A stretch of 64,000 nt of DNA from Catajapyx aquilonaris (taxonomy: Eukaryota). The stretch spans positions 1 through 64,000 of the forward strand of contig KZ538138.1 in the NCBI GenBank assembly GCA_000934665.2. Reading direction: 5' to 3'. Position 1 is the first letter of the stretch. Every line of letters begins with the position of its first letter. The notes under the pieces were generated by a model. It did no database searches. It saw nothing but the letters and a program-made list of their open reading frames with translations, and was not told where the DNA came from. Positions 26,401-40,732 of the stretch are shown here, piece by piece. The translations under genes were made by a program, and so were the position numbers.

Positions 26401-26968
26401 AAAAGTGTGGTGTGAATGTTGGATGAGGCCAGAGCTGTTGGCAGATGGATGCGCAAGTGTCGGAGGCCATAAGAAGAGCGATGAAGGCCCTGCATGATTT
26501 AAACTCTCTTGGTACTGGCCAGCGGTGTGCCTGCTGCTCCTTGTGTTTGGCCTGCAATGATTCAAGAGGACCGATGCATAATGCATCCTGGACAGGCTCC
26601 TGTCTGCCTGTCTTCCCTAGGGACTCCCTGTGTCCTCTCTTCCTCCTATATGCTCCTCTCCCCGGTTTGTTGTAGCGGACTGTCACTTGTCGTTCCTCAC
26701 GCAGTTTGGTCTTGGCGCGAGGGCAAAGCTGCGGCCCGCATTAAGGGATACATGCAAAATTAGTCGAGGAGAGCTTCTGCCGCTGGTGCTTTATTTACCG
26801 CACTATTAACTCGCTGTTAACCGAGCCCAACTTTAATGTGCTTAACAGCCAAGCCTCTGCAAGGGAGCTGGCTTTACCCAACGTGTAACTGCACTAATCT
26901 TGAAGCAATGGGTTACTAGGCGGTTAGATGATGCCACCCTGACCATATTTTATTCCTTGATTAATTTC

Positions 26969-27181
26969 AATGATTCGTGATTCAGGATACAAGATCGTGA
27001 TTCAAGATTCATTATTCATAATACAGGATCGTGATTAATGATTCAGGATACATGATCGTGTTTAATGATTCAGGATACATGATCGTGTTTAATGATTCAG
27101 GATACATGGTCGTGTTTAATGATTCAGGATACATGGTCGTGTTTAATGATTAATGATCGCGATCCATGATTCAGGATACAT
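26969..27181. repeat. 27-bp minisatellite (TGATTCAGGATACATGATCGTGTTTAA)
   Basis: Near-perfect units at 27039, 27066, 27093 and 27120, with degenerate flanking units. Confidence 0.93.
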
Positions 27182-30100
27182 TTACTATATATTGAGTTCG
27201 AGACATAATTACATGATGGCTATAAGTTGAAACCAATGCTGCTCAGCAGGGTGTGGGAATTGAGGTATGGCCCTTCTTCCTTGGGCTGTGGCTGTGAATA
27301 AAGCCAGAAGCAATTTCGCTTTACGGGCGCGTCGATAAAGCAACAAAAGCTTCGATCTAGGCTGTGGATCAATTGCCAATCATCTGGTGGGCTGGAGAAA
27401 TATCGCCCTTTTTTTCAGTTTCGCGGCGCTTTCACATACGTTGCCAGCTGATACGACTCTTCAGTGCCTGCTCGCCAATCAGAATATTCCTCCTACCGGA
27501 CATTTCTTATCACAGCCGCAGAAGCCCCATCATCGCAACGGATCCGGGCCCCTCTAACAGCACTGCGGGTGTGCCACAAGGCGGCGCACTGCTCACTTTT
27601 TTTCGCTCAGAAAATTTGCAAAATTATTGATATAATGTAGGGGGATTTGGCAGATCAATGCAATTAGTGTCGAATCCCTTTGCAGACCCGTCTGATAAAG
27701 GACACGGAAGCCAGTTATTGTCTCAAGCCGCTAACTTTATATGCGGATCTGTAATAATGTAGGACCAGACGAATCGAATCGATTATGCAAATTGCAAATA
27801 AGTTGAAGTGACCCGAACTTTGTCTCCTCCGCCCTACTCCCGCGCCTTCCCGAATTCCCTTTTCCCAGGACGCCTGTAATTTCCCGGCTAATCCATTCTG
27901 GGGGAATGTTTTCTTTTATAATAGATCGGTTGTACGACTCAATGAGAAAGTAATACTGAATTATTCTCAGCCAACTTTTTCTGGGGTATTGGTGTTTTCA
28001 AGTCGATAATGGGCACGTTTTTTCAAAGAATATGGAGAGCTAGTCCTGTAGTTGGCATGAAGTGGGTGGGTGGTTGAGGGATAAGTGCAGGTGACGATGG
28101 TCAATGACCAATTCTCTTGTGTCCGAATGGAATTGGCACTTCTGGTTTAGAAATGCAGATGGGAGTTGGGTACTCAGCGTTCCTGGACCCTGTTGAACCA
28201 CTGTCTTTTATGAGCAAAAAAAGTTTCAATCCAAATGGTCACTACATGACTTTTACCTGAAGGAATATTATAGCACCGGAATGAAATTTACTCGCTGTTG
28301 CACCTGTGTGTGGACAGTGTATCCAAATTTTATGAGCAACCCACCCAACAGGTGACCATGTCAGTACACTGTACACGCGCTATACTGTAATCAGATCGGC
28401 CGATTATTTAAATAATTTCCCAGCTAGTTGCGCCAACTTTAATTGGGTGTTCTTAATACAGCATAAGTTGCTGATCCCTGTCACAACCACATTGTTCCAT
28501 AATTAAAAGGCAACATCCATACCAAATATGCTGTACTCTCACATTGGTTGGTGCATATAGTGGAGGCTGCAGTAGCTCGATAGGTGGTAATCGCGGTATG
28601 GCTTGGGAAAGTCTTTGGGTTGTGTTGGCGGTGTGGAGCAGTAGCACAATGTACAGGGGGTGTAGCTGGGTATATAGGGAGTTAGTTGGAGGGAGCTAGT
28701 TGGATCCTTCCGTAATTGGGCAAAGGCGGCCGCAGGAGCATGAAAGTGGGAGACAAGAGGCTGCTAGTAAGCCAGGTAATGAGGTTATTCGTGCTGGCCT
28801 GAGCACAGCATTCCTCCAGCTAATCCCGGGCTTCAATCCTAAGTTGTTTAACTTGGCATAATTGGCGACGAATTGCAAAGAACAAAGCGCCGGTGACAAA
28901 GGAAAGGAAAGGGATTTTTAACGCACATTCATTATGCTTTGTAATGCAGATGGATCCCCGGACGGCCAAAGAGCCCTTCTACGTTCCTGTTATCAGCTGC
29001 CAGCTTGCTGGCTCATTTGAATTCCACCCACACACCTCATTTACCTTCTTTTCTTTTCCAAGCCTTTCCCTCTTCGTCTTTGCGCTTTTCACTCCATGCC
29101 AATTTTATAATCACAATCTTCACGTTTCTTTGTCTTGCTCCTGTTTGTATTTGTGCTTATTCTGCAAGTTTTTTGGAGCGAAATTGCGGAGGGATTTACC
29201 GTGCGGGAGGTAATCAAACTGCTGATTAGTGCTGCAACACCGAACACTTTTGGTCTTACACCCGAGATGGCGTTGGAGCTAGTTGGAATGGGAGGCCTAG
29301 TAAGAGGCTAGGAGGTTTGTTTGCTAAAGAGTGACGCAACGGACCAAAGAAAAATTTCACACACAAAAAAACTCAAAGCCAAGCTGCGGGATTGGTAACC
29401 GTGGGGACTTTAAAGGCCCAAAAATTAGCATACTAATGGCACGATGAATCTAAATTCCGTCCCTTTTTTTCTTCCCCACTGCCGTTTTCATTAGCATTCC
29501 TATTATGATTCGAATCCAAGGCTGGGCCCCAAGTTTGGCACCCCAAAAGAGCGATCGGCCAACAAACGAGGCTTTGAATCTGCCTAACGAGTTTCGAATG
29601 TGCTCACCTGCCAGTGTGAGCCTCCGCGTTTGTTTTCCATAAGCTGGCAAATATTTACCCTGGGTTCAGTTTGCTGTTTGACCGGCCACAGTTCAGTCGC
29701 GCGAGCCACTGCATTTATGCCCCACCATCCACCTGCAGTGCCAACTAAAACCGACGGATTAACATTTGAAACCTATTCCGTACATGGGTTTCCTCACACC
29801 ACAAGTTTGATGATGTTCAGGGAACACTGCATCTCCCGAAATTCCAGGTAACGATCGGGAATATGCATAATGATACCTTATGGAATTCCGTGATAAGTTT
29901 GAACCTGGCGATATTGCAGGGAGTAAAATAATGTGCGGAGAGTGGGTAGTGGGACTTCTGGGGCACCCAATATATTGCGGTGATAATTCGCTCTCTTGAG
30001 AAACGTAAAAGCCACACAGCACACTGTATAGCAGGGGTCTACAGTAAAACGGCGCTGGTGGCTACACCTGAATTGCACGACCCCAAAGTGACTGCGACGA

Positions 30101-30269
30101 AACAGAGCTTCATATGCATCAGCTTAAATGTTTAAATATAGCCCCCCAGACCTAGCCCAAAGATACTGACTTGAATTTTGATCTCTCTTACGTTATGCAC
30201 GAGGAAGGCGGATGTCTTGCAGCTGGCACCCAAAGAGACATTACTGTGTATACCAACGATGCAACGGTA

Positions 30270-30543
30270 CAGTGTTGGACATTAATCGCGTCATACTGCT
30301 TGCGACATTTTCTGTTGCGGCAGAAGTGCAAATCGAAGTGATAGAGTGTGAGCCGTGCGAGTAAGAAGAGGTATGCCGTGAGTGACGTCACCAGCTGGGG
30401 GGCAATATCGAAAAGGGTTGTCCACAGCCAGTGATGTCAACCAAGGGCTACCATTTCCTACTCGCACGCCTCGCATTCGATTTGCACGTCTTCCGCATCG
30501 GAAATTGTCGCTAGCCGTATGACGGGATTAATGTCCAGCACTG
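30270..30543. mobile_element. Family D Tc1/mariner-type MITE, copy 2
   Basis: TA|CAGTGTTGGACATTAATC ... GATTAATGTCCAGCACTG|TA. Confidence 0.92.
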
Positions 30544-31789
30544 TACTGTATCAAACGTTTATGACAATGTACAGGAGCGGATAAATTATGAAAGAAACTT
30601 AATTCAGATTTTAGCATCCGTTGTAAGTTTTTTTGATTAAGAACTTCCGAAGATGATTCCATAGGAAGTGTAAATATCAACATGTAACTGGTCTCTCTTT
30701 GCTGGTGGTTTAGGAAGGCAATAAAGCGGGGTCTACAACGTTATTCAGCAAAACGTACGGTGGAGCCCAAGCCATGCCGCGGAAAAATTAAAGTGATTCA
30801 TGTGTATTTGACTAAGGAGTAGGGCGATACAGTCCACGAATTTATGTGATACATGGGCTAAAGCTTTCCACTCATGAAAATAAGTATAGCGCTCAACGTA
30901 ATTAATGGCCATTCTAAGTTACCCCTGGGATAATGCTACTGCCCTCTCTAATAACAATTATAACTCGAATATTGGTCTATAACTGTTGTAGAATTCTGTT
31001 CAAAATAAACATGCTAATAGACCAGGCCTTTGTGTCATAATTATATGATGAAATATGTTTCGATATAGACGGGCTTATTTTTAAATATGCGCCACATCAA
31101 TCAATTTTGCGTACACCGGACCTGCGGTTAATTAGGACATTTAGCCCAATAATGCACAATGAAAAATATAAAAGTGTTTAATTATATTATGATGTACTGA
31201 CGTAATGTGGAATATATGAATAAATTGTGATTAAGGCCGTTTCTGCTAGAATATCATGTGATCCTCGGACGATATTAGCCTAGAGCTCATTACGCAAGCT
31301 AGCCGCCGGGCGCCGACACATCTCATCTCAAATTTCAATCACAAGTGACACACGGTCCATATTGTGCCCCTTTGACTTTCAAAACCAACAAGTTCTTTTC
31401 GTCTAAAAAAAAAAATCCCAGTGGCAGTGATTGGAGCCTCGCATCTGTTACGGGCTGTACACGCCAAGGGTTGTATAGTCCCCGCTTTTGGCTAACGGTA
31501 CACTATATGTGTGTGTCGGCTGGGAAAGTGCGATCACGTGCTGCGGGACATGTCCGAGACGTGAAGTTGAGCTAATTGAGATAAAAGTGAGCGCAACAGA
31601 GGCGCGGGCTCAAAGCCGGCGGGCCTTTTGTATGGCTGTCACGCCGTGCACAAAGTTTATGTGACGAGCTATCCGTGATAAATGTGCAAGTGGAAAGCGA
31701 TGCTGAAGCAAAGAGGGGCCAAACCTGGTTATTAATCGCCCGGCACAGAGGGGACCCACCATCGCCTGGTTTGCAAAAAAAAAAAAAAA

Positions 31790-31924
31790 NNNNNNNNNNN
31801 NNNNNNNNNNNNNNNNNNNNNNNNNNNNNNNNNNNNNNNNNNNNNNNNNNNNNNNNNNNNNNNNNNNNNNNNNNNNNNNNNNNNNNNNNNNNNNNNNNNN
31901 NNNNNNNNNNNNNNNNNNNNNNNN
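31790..31924. other. Assembly gap
   Basis: N run between poly-A and poly-G. Confidence 1.
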
Positions 31925-32287
31925 GGGGGGACACTGTCTCGCTCTAACGCTCATTCAAGCCTACAGTTGGCCAGATTGATACAATAGACATGTTTGTGCT
32001 CATTGAATCAAGTCACATTAAAGCGTGCCTTTCAACCGCTATACATGTCGTGCTTGAGAGGATTTTGTTGGAAATTGCATTACACAATGATGGCAATAAT
32101 CCCGAGCCTCGCGAATGCTTTGTGCACTCGTACCTTTTTATTCGATGACAAGCTACAATAGGGGTGGAAAAAAAAGTTCACCTACTATGGAGGTATCAAG
32201 GGTAAACGACAGATGTATTGTAGCATGATACTATATCGTCATCGAATAGGAGAAATTGTGGAAATTTTGAGTTACTTGTACCACTGA

Positions 32288-32629
32288 CAAGGGAATGACC
32301 AAGGTCGGTCGACTCCGATTTGGTTGAAACTCGCTTGAGTGGTCACTCATGTACGATAGACACAGTGGTGAAAGTCCTAGATGTCACTGTCGATCCGTTT
32401 CCTAGATATGCGCGACAGAAACATCCGAATTTTGGCCGCGCCTTGCACTTGTCCCTTCCAGCCCGACACCTGTACGCCCGGCCAAAATTCTGATTTTTTT
32501 GTTGCTCATATCTCGGAAACGGATTTACAGCAGGCATCTAAGACTTACGCCACAGTGTCTATCGTACATGAGTGACCCCTCAAGCGAGTTTCAACCAAAT
32601 CGGAGGCGACCGACCTTGGTCGTTCCTTG
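32288..32629. mobile_element. Family F palindromic MITE (single copy in window; ends may extend to 32281-32636)
   Basis: Inverted arms over ~150 bp: CAAGGGAATGACCAAGGTCGGTCG...GATTTGGTTGAAACTCGCTTGAG / CTCAAGCGAGTTTCAACCAAATC...CGACCGACCTTGGTCGTTCCTTG. Confidence 0.9.
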
Positions 32630-35289
32630 GAAGTAGCATTTTCTAATTTAGTTATAAGGTAAACAACAGTAGCAGAAATTGGACACACCTACCAAAAATT
32701 CATCCTTGAACACCACGGTTTGGTTCATCTCAGGTTGAAATTAATCTCCACCACGCCCCAGCTGGAGACACCCTGAAAAATCACATTTCCGACTTCCATC
32801 AAAATTCATATCCCATAATATATGATCTTACGTATGTTTCACAAATATTAGCATTAGCTTTCATACCTTCTGACAGACGTGCAACGTCATTAGTCTTATT
32901 GCAGCTGAACCAGGATTTTGGTTCTCAACCCCTGTCAAATTTATCAGGAGACACTGACTTCACTTCCACATTATGACAGAAGGTCTTGGAGAACCAATAA
33001 CGGGCCGAACATGTGTCAGGAAGTTGCATGACAACTGGCATGAGCAGAAGGAGCATGAGTCTGCGGATGAAAACCCTGCTGGTGACATGTACTGTTGGCT
33101 CTTTTTTTTACCCTACATGCAACATTTGAAGTGAGTTTTATGTGCTCACACACCAAATCCCTCGAAGCTCTAAGGAAAACAAATGGAAGGTGCGAGAAGG
33201 ATCGGATCCCGGAAGGGACCTCGGGATTAACCGCGGGATTAGCCCTTTTATCATTCGAGGCCTCGTCTCCCCAAATCCATTATCTTGTCCGCTGCGATCA
33301 GGACTCGCCCCCAACACGGCTTCCCGGATTACTCCGGAACGTGGGACAAATTGAATTAAAGCCTCTCCGCTTAGGTTTCTTTCCATATGGGATCTCCCCT
33401 GTCGGATCACTCGCCTTTCTACATCCACACCTGAGGTCAACTTTTATTCTTTGTATTACATACCCCTAGCAATGATGCAATTTGTAGGTCCAGGGATTTA
33501 TTCCAGCCGTGTAGGAAATGAGAGTAGAGGCAGGGGTGCAAAGTGATCCATCCGTCAGGAGCGCTGCCTCGCATTTCGGATAAAGCTTTGATTTGGTGGC
33601 GCCGACGCCTTGATTTTGGTGGCAATTGCCAGCAGTTTGGCGCACCGTTGGGGTTCCTTCCAGACCAAATAAGCGTCCGACCAGTAATGTGGATGGATAG
33701 TATAGGGGAACACAAAGTCCTCGTGCCACTACATATTCGGTCGTTTAATCTTCATATCCCAAGTGTGCGTTTCTTGAACACACGGTATGCTGAAAAAAAA
33801 ACTCGTTAGAGCACATCGCATAGGAATATGCCAAGTGGTTTTCCTTTCTAAGTGCAAAGTAATGTGGGCTAAGATGTGCTCGGCTTGTTTCCCTTGGTGA
33901 TCGTTAGAAGAGGAGGAAATTTCGCCTCCCGTTTTGCTTCTCCGTCGACTTCAAAGCGAGAATTTTTCGCCTCTCGCTTTCAGAGAGGTACCAGTAGGCG
34001 AAAAGCCGCTCGTTTGAAATATTGGATCGCGTTTTCCGAACTGGCGATATAAAAAAAAGAGAGCGAGGGGGGGGGGGGTTTGCATCCGGCACTGATAATA
34101 ATATTCTGGACTGCCTGAATCTCCGGTAAGCCGGCCACAAAGAGCCGTTGACAGCAGGGCGAATAGAGCTGCAAAATTCCGGAATAAACAACATCGTTAT
34201 CGCCAGGAGTATCTTGCGTGATCCAGGTGATTGACACTCATTGAAATCCCCACCAGCCCCCGTTGTTTTCATGTCCAAACCCGGACGAGAGTTGCGTTGA
34301 CATGTAGGATTTGTCTGTGACAAGTGCATGGCGGTGGGACGGCAGGGATGGTTCCAATGTGGAGTGCCAGCACCTCCGATTTGACTGTCGATGGCCCACT
34401 TGTTGCCATACGCAGCTAGCCTCCACTTAGGATGGTTACAAACAGTGTAGCCTCCTTCTTAGGATGGTGTAACCTCCAACAGGCCCCAGCACCATCTACC
34501 GACGAATATCGGCGCTAGCGTTAAATCCGCGCTCAGTGGATAGATATGCGGGGTCATTTTCTTCAATCCCAGGAAATGAGGTTCGCCTTCCAGTATTTTA
34601 TTGCGGGGTTAAAGGAGCGAGACTTTGATTTGAAGATGGCCAAATGAGCCATTCGCGCTGATTACTATCCCCCGCAAGTTTAGTGGTATTTTATGTAGAG
34701 TGGGGGCTGGGGGGTAGAGAGACGGCGTGGACCGTGACTTGGACGGGGTCGCGCTGAGGGCAACCAATTCCTTCCGCACTCACCAAGTTAATTCTTCTAG
34801 TCTGCGGGCCCAAATGATTTAATGGCACTTGAAGGCCTCGTCGGTCTCCTTCATACATATGCAGCAGCAATCATTCAAAACCCTGACACGACAGCGGGAA
34901 AAGCAGCCTGCTCAACTCCTGCGCTGCCTGCTAGCTTGCATACGTCTTTGCCATCACTTAACTGTCGCCCCTCTCATTCCCACCAACCGGGTGAGGGAGA
35001 GTGAGGTGCACAGCACTCGTCCACCCATCAGGAGGAGCATGCCCCAACACCCACTCTGCATGATTTTCCATTACATCTGCTGCACAACCTGCTCTCTCTG
35101 CCGCTTCCACTCTGGTATTCATTAGCTGCTTGTCAATGACTGCATGCCAGAGTTGGGGGGTTGCTTCACTTGGATGCTGGAAAGGGTTTTTTGACACCCA
35201 CTGTGCTAAGGTCTAAGCGGTGTATGTCCTATTGTTTGAAACTGCATTTGATGTCCTTGTGATATTGGTTTTTTTGTATATTTATTTAG

Positions 35290-35370
35290 GATCCGACTGT
35301 GCTCGCTCAGGAAGATCATGGATGATAGACAGCCGGATGATGAGGAGTCAACTCTGGCGATGATCCACAA
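35290..35370 (+). CDS. Candidate internal coding exon (81 bp, phase 2-2): xIRLCSLRKIMDDRQPDDEESTLAMIH(K/N); product unidentified
   Basis: Strong acceptor TTTTTTGTATATTTATTTAG|G and donor CAA|GTAAGT. Length is a multiple of 3, exactly one frame is open, and the composition is protein-like. Confidence 0.65.
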
Positions 35371-35775
35371 GTAAGTGCTGACAATGTTTGACTTCGATCT
35401 TCCGTCGTGTCAAAACGTACTCTCCGATTTGACTGTGATGGTGTCACGTTCTGACGGTAGTGGTCGTGACTGCACCTCCATTCATAATTGGGGAAGGATT
35501 ATAATATCAAGGAAAAGCATATGGAATTGCCATCGCGATTTCCTGAGAACAGGGGGATGTCGAATAGTGCTGATAGTAGGCCCTACTGTTACTGTCCATT
35601 GTATTATTATAATTATTACAGCCTACATGACTGCGTATGTGTAATTTTGCAAATTGGCGTTAAATAGGATGTTTATTATTATACAATGTTTGTTTTCACT
35701 TGCTATTAGCCTATTGATATTCTATAAATGCTAAATAGAAAATTTGTGCCAGTGTTACCACTACATGAAATTACC

Positions 35776-35877
<102 letters not shown>

Positions 35878-38800
35878 CCGCGATGTAGAGTGTTTGAATC
35901 GCAATTAGAGGCGTAGGAACAAGGATTCCCCGCTACGAAAATTGCGCCTGTTTAGTGGGATGAGCCCGCCAGACTCGTATGGCCTCACGCTGATTTTTGG
36001 AGCCCTCCCAGCGCGATTTTCAATTATTTGGCTGCATTTGAGGTCATTCAGAGTTCTGGCTTCAAATCACTGCGACCTCATTTCAAAGCGTACGTTAATG
36101 CCACATGGATTTCGCTGATTCTGTTAGCCCACCTTCACTCCGGAATTGACCGAGAACGTGACGGAACCAACACGAAACACCAACTTTCCCTCCGGCGGAA
36201 TTGCACCCTGACCTTTCAGTTGTAAACACTGAATATTACTGCAGGATCGGCAGTAACAGCTACTGCTTCCTTCCCCCGGATTATTATCCCGGAAACTCGG
36301 GTGAGGAAGTGTCAATAACTGCATTAAAAATGCGCAGATTGATTCTCCGCTCCTCATTTGCATGTTTTAATTCCCTAGGAAGTCTGTTCATCCTCCTTCC
36401 GCTGCACAAGCTTACTTTCTCCAGTAGTCAACTTGGTGGAAGGAACTTCCACGTCTGACGTCCTAACTATATTAACTGTAAGGGGGGAAAATTCGGCTGG
36501 AGATTAAATTACTGGTCCGGAGGATGGGGAGATAGATTAAAGGGGGGTAAGAAAAAGACAGCGGATTTTTCTTTTTGCCTTTTTCTTAAGGTTGAGAAGC
36601 ATTCGGTGTGTGTTTGGAGGTGCACAGGAGGTGAAACAAGGAGGCCCGTACTTTAGTTGCCAACTTTCTCCGTCGCAGTTCGCGCTTCTGATCTGAATGC
36701 GAAAAGTTTTGGCAAGAGGGGGGAGGGGGGGGGGAGTCTGCGGAAAGGACAGAATGGATGAAGGCGGAGAAAGAGCAGCAACAGCCGGTGCCCTTTGTGC
36801 CAGAGGCAGGACATTGGCCCACTTTTCGGAATGAACTGCATAGCTCATCAGTTTATCTCAGTCTACCTAAAAGAATTTGCACGCAAACACTGCGTGCATG
36901 ACTTGGAGGGAAGAACCCAACTTTCTGGTGGGTTTTCCTGTTCTTTCATATTTTCCAGTGAAACTCTGCTTCCTTTCTTTTCATCTGGCCGGATTTATTG
37001 CCTTTTCCGCACCCACTTTCCTCTTCCGCTACCTGCACTGATTTGTCGCCGGAATGGGACAAGAGAAAAGCGAGCGCATTGTGTCGCTTCTTGACCTCGC
37101 TGTTTGCATGGCGTCACTGAGATATTTTGGTTCAGGCTCAAGCTGTGCAGAGTTGGGCGAAACATATGGATTACTCGCTCCGCGGCTGTTGGCAAGTTGG
37201 GAGTGTTGCGACGACCCTGGGTCCGCCCCGGGGCCAACCCCTTGCTAGCTCTACCAAGAAAACACATGGGTTCCATGGACACTGTTTTATTGGACCTTCC
37301 AGGTCACCACCTTATAGTGCAGACTCTTCCAGACTCTCTGGACTCTGGATACCAACCGACTCTCCCCTGGCCAAACTGTCAAAGCTTCTAGGGAAGCAGT
37401 GCGCATGCCTCACCCACATCACATGACCAGAAAGGGGCGGGCTGCCAGGAGATGGCGTTGGTACGGGGAGAGGCGTGTGGCAGCCTCAGATGAGGGTTGC
37501 TTGATGGCTTTGAACAAAAGTGTGTTGGCAATACTGTGCCTGATTCACTAGGAACATCAGGGTGTCCTGATTGCAAGTAGCAGCGATTTGCAGGCCTGAC
37601 TCAACTAGATTGCTGTATCGGCGAATAAGAGCAGAAAGAGTGAGGAGAAGTGGTGTATTATTTGACGTAGCAGCAAGAGACCGTGGTCACAGTCATGGTG
37701 GGTAGGAGACCGGGTCCCGAAGGACGCGTACCGATGGATTGAGGAAGAGTGATCGAGTTGCGGTCAGATGGAAAGAGAAGGGCAACTAGTCTTGTGCGCC
37801 CCCTTCGGCCTATGCTTGGCGCCCACCAAATCTCGCTGCAATCGAATCTTAATCGAAGCGGATCCACTTGGATTCAGCCCGCTCTGAAATATATCACCTT
37901 CCGCAACTTTATTGCCGTCGCTACCAATCCCAAGAGTTGCTTCAAACCAAACGTAGCCTTGGCTGCCTACCGCTTGTCTCATTCAACTTTGCTTATATAT
38001 CCCAAAGCCAAACTCTGTGATTTCCTCACGAAAACAGAGATGGATTCTACAAGTTTTCACTATTACAAAACCCATTCTAGATACGTTACTATGCCGAGTA
38101 AATAGATTGCTTCATTCAAAATTAAGTCCGGAGAGCGTCTTATCGGCGGCATAAATTACGGCACAATATGCCTCCTTCCCTCATTTTCAATACAACGCAC
38201 CCAATTTGGCGCGTTATAGGAAGCTTCGCCTGATTCTAATCATGCTCTCCTCCATGGAGTACCTGCCTACCTTATTCAGGGGCTAATTTTAGGCATTTCC
38301 CTGGTTAAGGTGGCAGGAAGGCAGCTTAATAGATAGACAGCAGAAGAGAAGGAGGCGGTGCTGCAACATGGCCGTGAAGCCTTATTTAAAGGCCTGGTTA
38401 AAGAAAGGAGGGCAAGGGAGGGGTTGCTAAATAAGAGGCCTAGTTGGGCCTAACTCGGCAGAATGCGAGAAACTTGTAAATGCAAATAACGTAGCAATTA
38501 GGTATGCCTGGAGGATGAGCTGCATTCAAGCAGGCTCACTGGATGGAGTAGCGAGGGAGCAGGTAGCGGAATAAGGCATGAGCAAGCTTGGAAGATAGAC
38601 TGTACAATAGTTGGAGCTGGTCTCAGGAGGAAGATGCCCTTCAACACAATACTTGCTCCGTTGCTCGCCTGGGAGCCTACAGCGTATAGCTGGACCACCT
38701 CCAACTGGGAGACAACAGACTCGCCAGTGACCCCAGCTCTAAACGTATGCAGTCTATAAAATTGTCAGTCGCACAGCAAGCCAAATAATCCGGACAGAAA

Positions 38801-40655
38801 TTATAGCTTCCTTTGGTCCGAGTTTTACAACAGTCGCTCGTAAAAATTACGTTCATGTAAGAGGGAATCCCCCCTCCACAATATCTGCAGCAATACTTTC
38901 ATTCTGTTCTGCTGGTCCTCCGACATGTGTTGGCAGGCGGTCCGGAATATATGATCCACCTCTAGGGGCTTTAACGGCGTCCCAGATATGTACTCTGCCT
39001 AGGGCATAAAATCCTAGACTCTCTCTCTCTCTATCTATAGATATGTTTAAAGAGGGGCGGCAGCATCGAGGCATAAAGCGCGGGCCCGCAATGATCCCAC
39101 GCCAGATACACCTCTCTCGCAGTAACATCAAATTATAGCCTATTAAATTCCGATTCCTTGCGCCTGGAGAGAAGTGATGTGTTTCCGTTGGTGCACTCAG
39201 GGCTGACTATGATCGGGGGGAGGAGGAATAGGGAGGAATTCATTAGTGATTATAGAACCTTGGAGCTATCAGGTTTCAGCACCTTCTCATGGGTAATTCT
39301 CATGATATGCGCAATGGTACACTGAAACTCCGATTTTGTGGAGTCAGAACTATAGTACTTCCATAAATAAATAGACAGACAGACACAAACAGACAGGTAG
39401 ATAGATAAATAGATAGAGAGATAATAAAATGAATTAACCAATTAATTTAATTAGTTCCCAGGTCCGATAAGATCCTTCTAGGTATTCAAAGTTTCCAACA
39501 CTTCATTGTTGGTGGAGCAGATCCAGCGGTTACGAAAGGGGCCAAATTAGAGTTTACGCTGGCCACGATTGCGCAATTAATTATTATTTGTTTGCCATTA
39601 GGTCTGCACAAGAGGGGTTTATGTAATTTGATTCCCGCACATTAGCAGCCACACATCTTCACTAACTGTAAGTGCAACAACAGGGCTCTGCAGGCATTTT
39701 GCAGGAAGAACAAAAAAAAAAAAAAAACTTACACCGTAGAGAAAAAAGAGGGAGATGGAGGCAATAATGTGGCGTCACCAGCTGTTGGGCCAACTCGGTT
39801 CTGCCCAGTAGGGCCAATTAATCCGAATTATCGCCAACCGGCGAGACCACACGAGCACGGCCCGGAGTCAGCTCTCTCTCCCTTCCGTTTTTTTTCCGGA
39901 AAAAAAACCCCCCGCGAGCCAGCATCCGCAGCAGTTTTCTACCTCGGGCTGTTTTCCATCGGTTTTGGTGCTTTGCGAGGACTGTCACTTACACACTCTC
40001 TCGTAAGTGAAGCCGCAAAGAGTGTGAACCCTCACGGACATGGCCTCTGATATGATGTACGTGACGGTCGGCTCAGGATTTCCAGTTGCCTCATTAATGC
40101 GTTCAAGTGCGATCGTACATGGCAATATGCGGTGCTGGATTATTTTTTTTTTGGCGACATGGTGTCCTGCACGATCGTTTTGTCAAGGGAAATGAAACAA
40201 ACGTCACTTGCTGAAGGTGATTAATAACTGCTGAGCGACGCGACGCTGTTTGCCAAACTGTATGCCGGGGAAACAGTACACACCCATGCGTGAGCGTACG
40301 TGTGATGAATGCATGAAAGAAGTGCAGGCAGGTTTGCATTTGGCTGGCCGATACCTTAGCAGCAGAGTTGTCAGAGTGTGAGGCCGTTACAAACACCTCA
40401 GTCTCTCCCAGACCTGCGCGCCATCTGCAGGCGATCACGTCGCAACGTTGAATCATCACTGCATGTACTTTATTTAAGAGTCTTTGTGTGCCAATGGATG
40501 AGTGACGCCCCTCATTGAGTGGCTGCAAAGCTTCCTGTTTACCAGGTGCACTTCTTGTTCGCAGTCGATAAATTGGCATTGTCTCTCACTTTGGATCAAT
40601 GTTCTGCTAGCTGTTAACCATTACTTTTTTCCTCGGGGCGATTCTGTCCCTACAG

Positions 40656-40732
40656 ATCCGCTCGCTTTGGGTCTAAGAGTTTAATTGCGGGGTACCTTCA
40701 AAGCTACATTTTCGGATGGGCTCCAGGGATGC
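40656..40732 (+). CDS. Weak candidate exon (77 bp): xSARFGSKSLIAGYLQSYIFGWAPGM
   Basis: Acceptor TTCTGTCCCTACAG and donor TGC|GTAAGT. The only open frame is phase-compatible with exon 35290-35370. Confidence 0.3.

Noticed and set aside
26445..26511. Exon MDAQVSEAIRRAMKALHDLNSL
   Set aside because: Protein-like, but there is no polypyrimidine tract, the donor is weak (GTACTG), and the phase is incompatible with the 35290 exon. RNA-seq would be needed.
28453..28647. LINE C-terminal zinc-knuckle remnant
   Set aside because: Only a vague W..G..CxC resemblance, which is insufficient.
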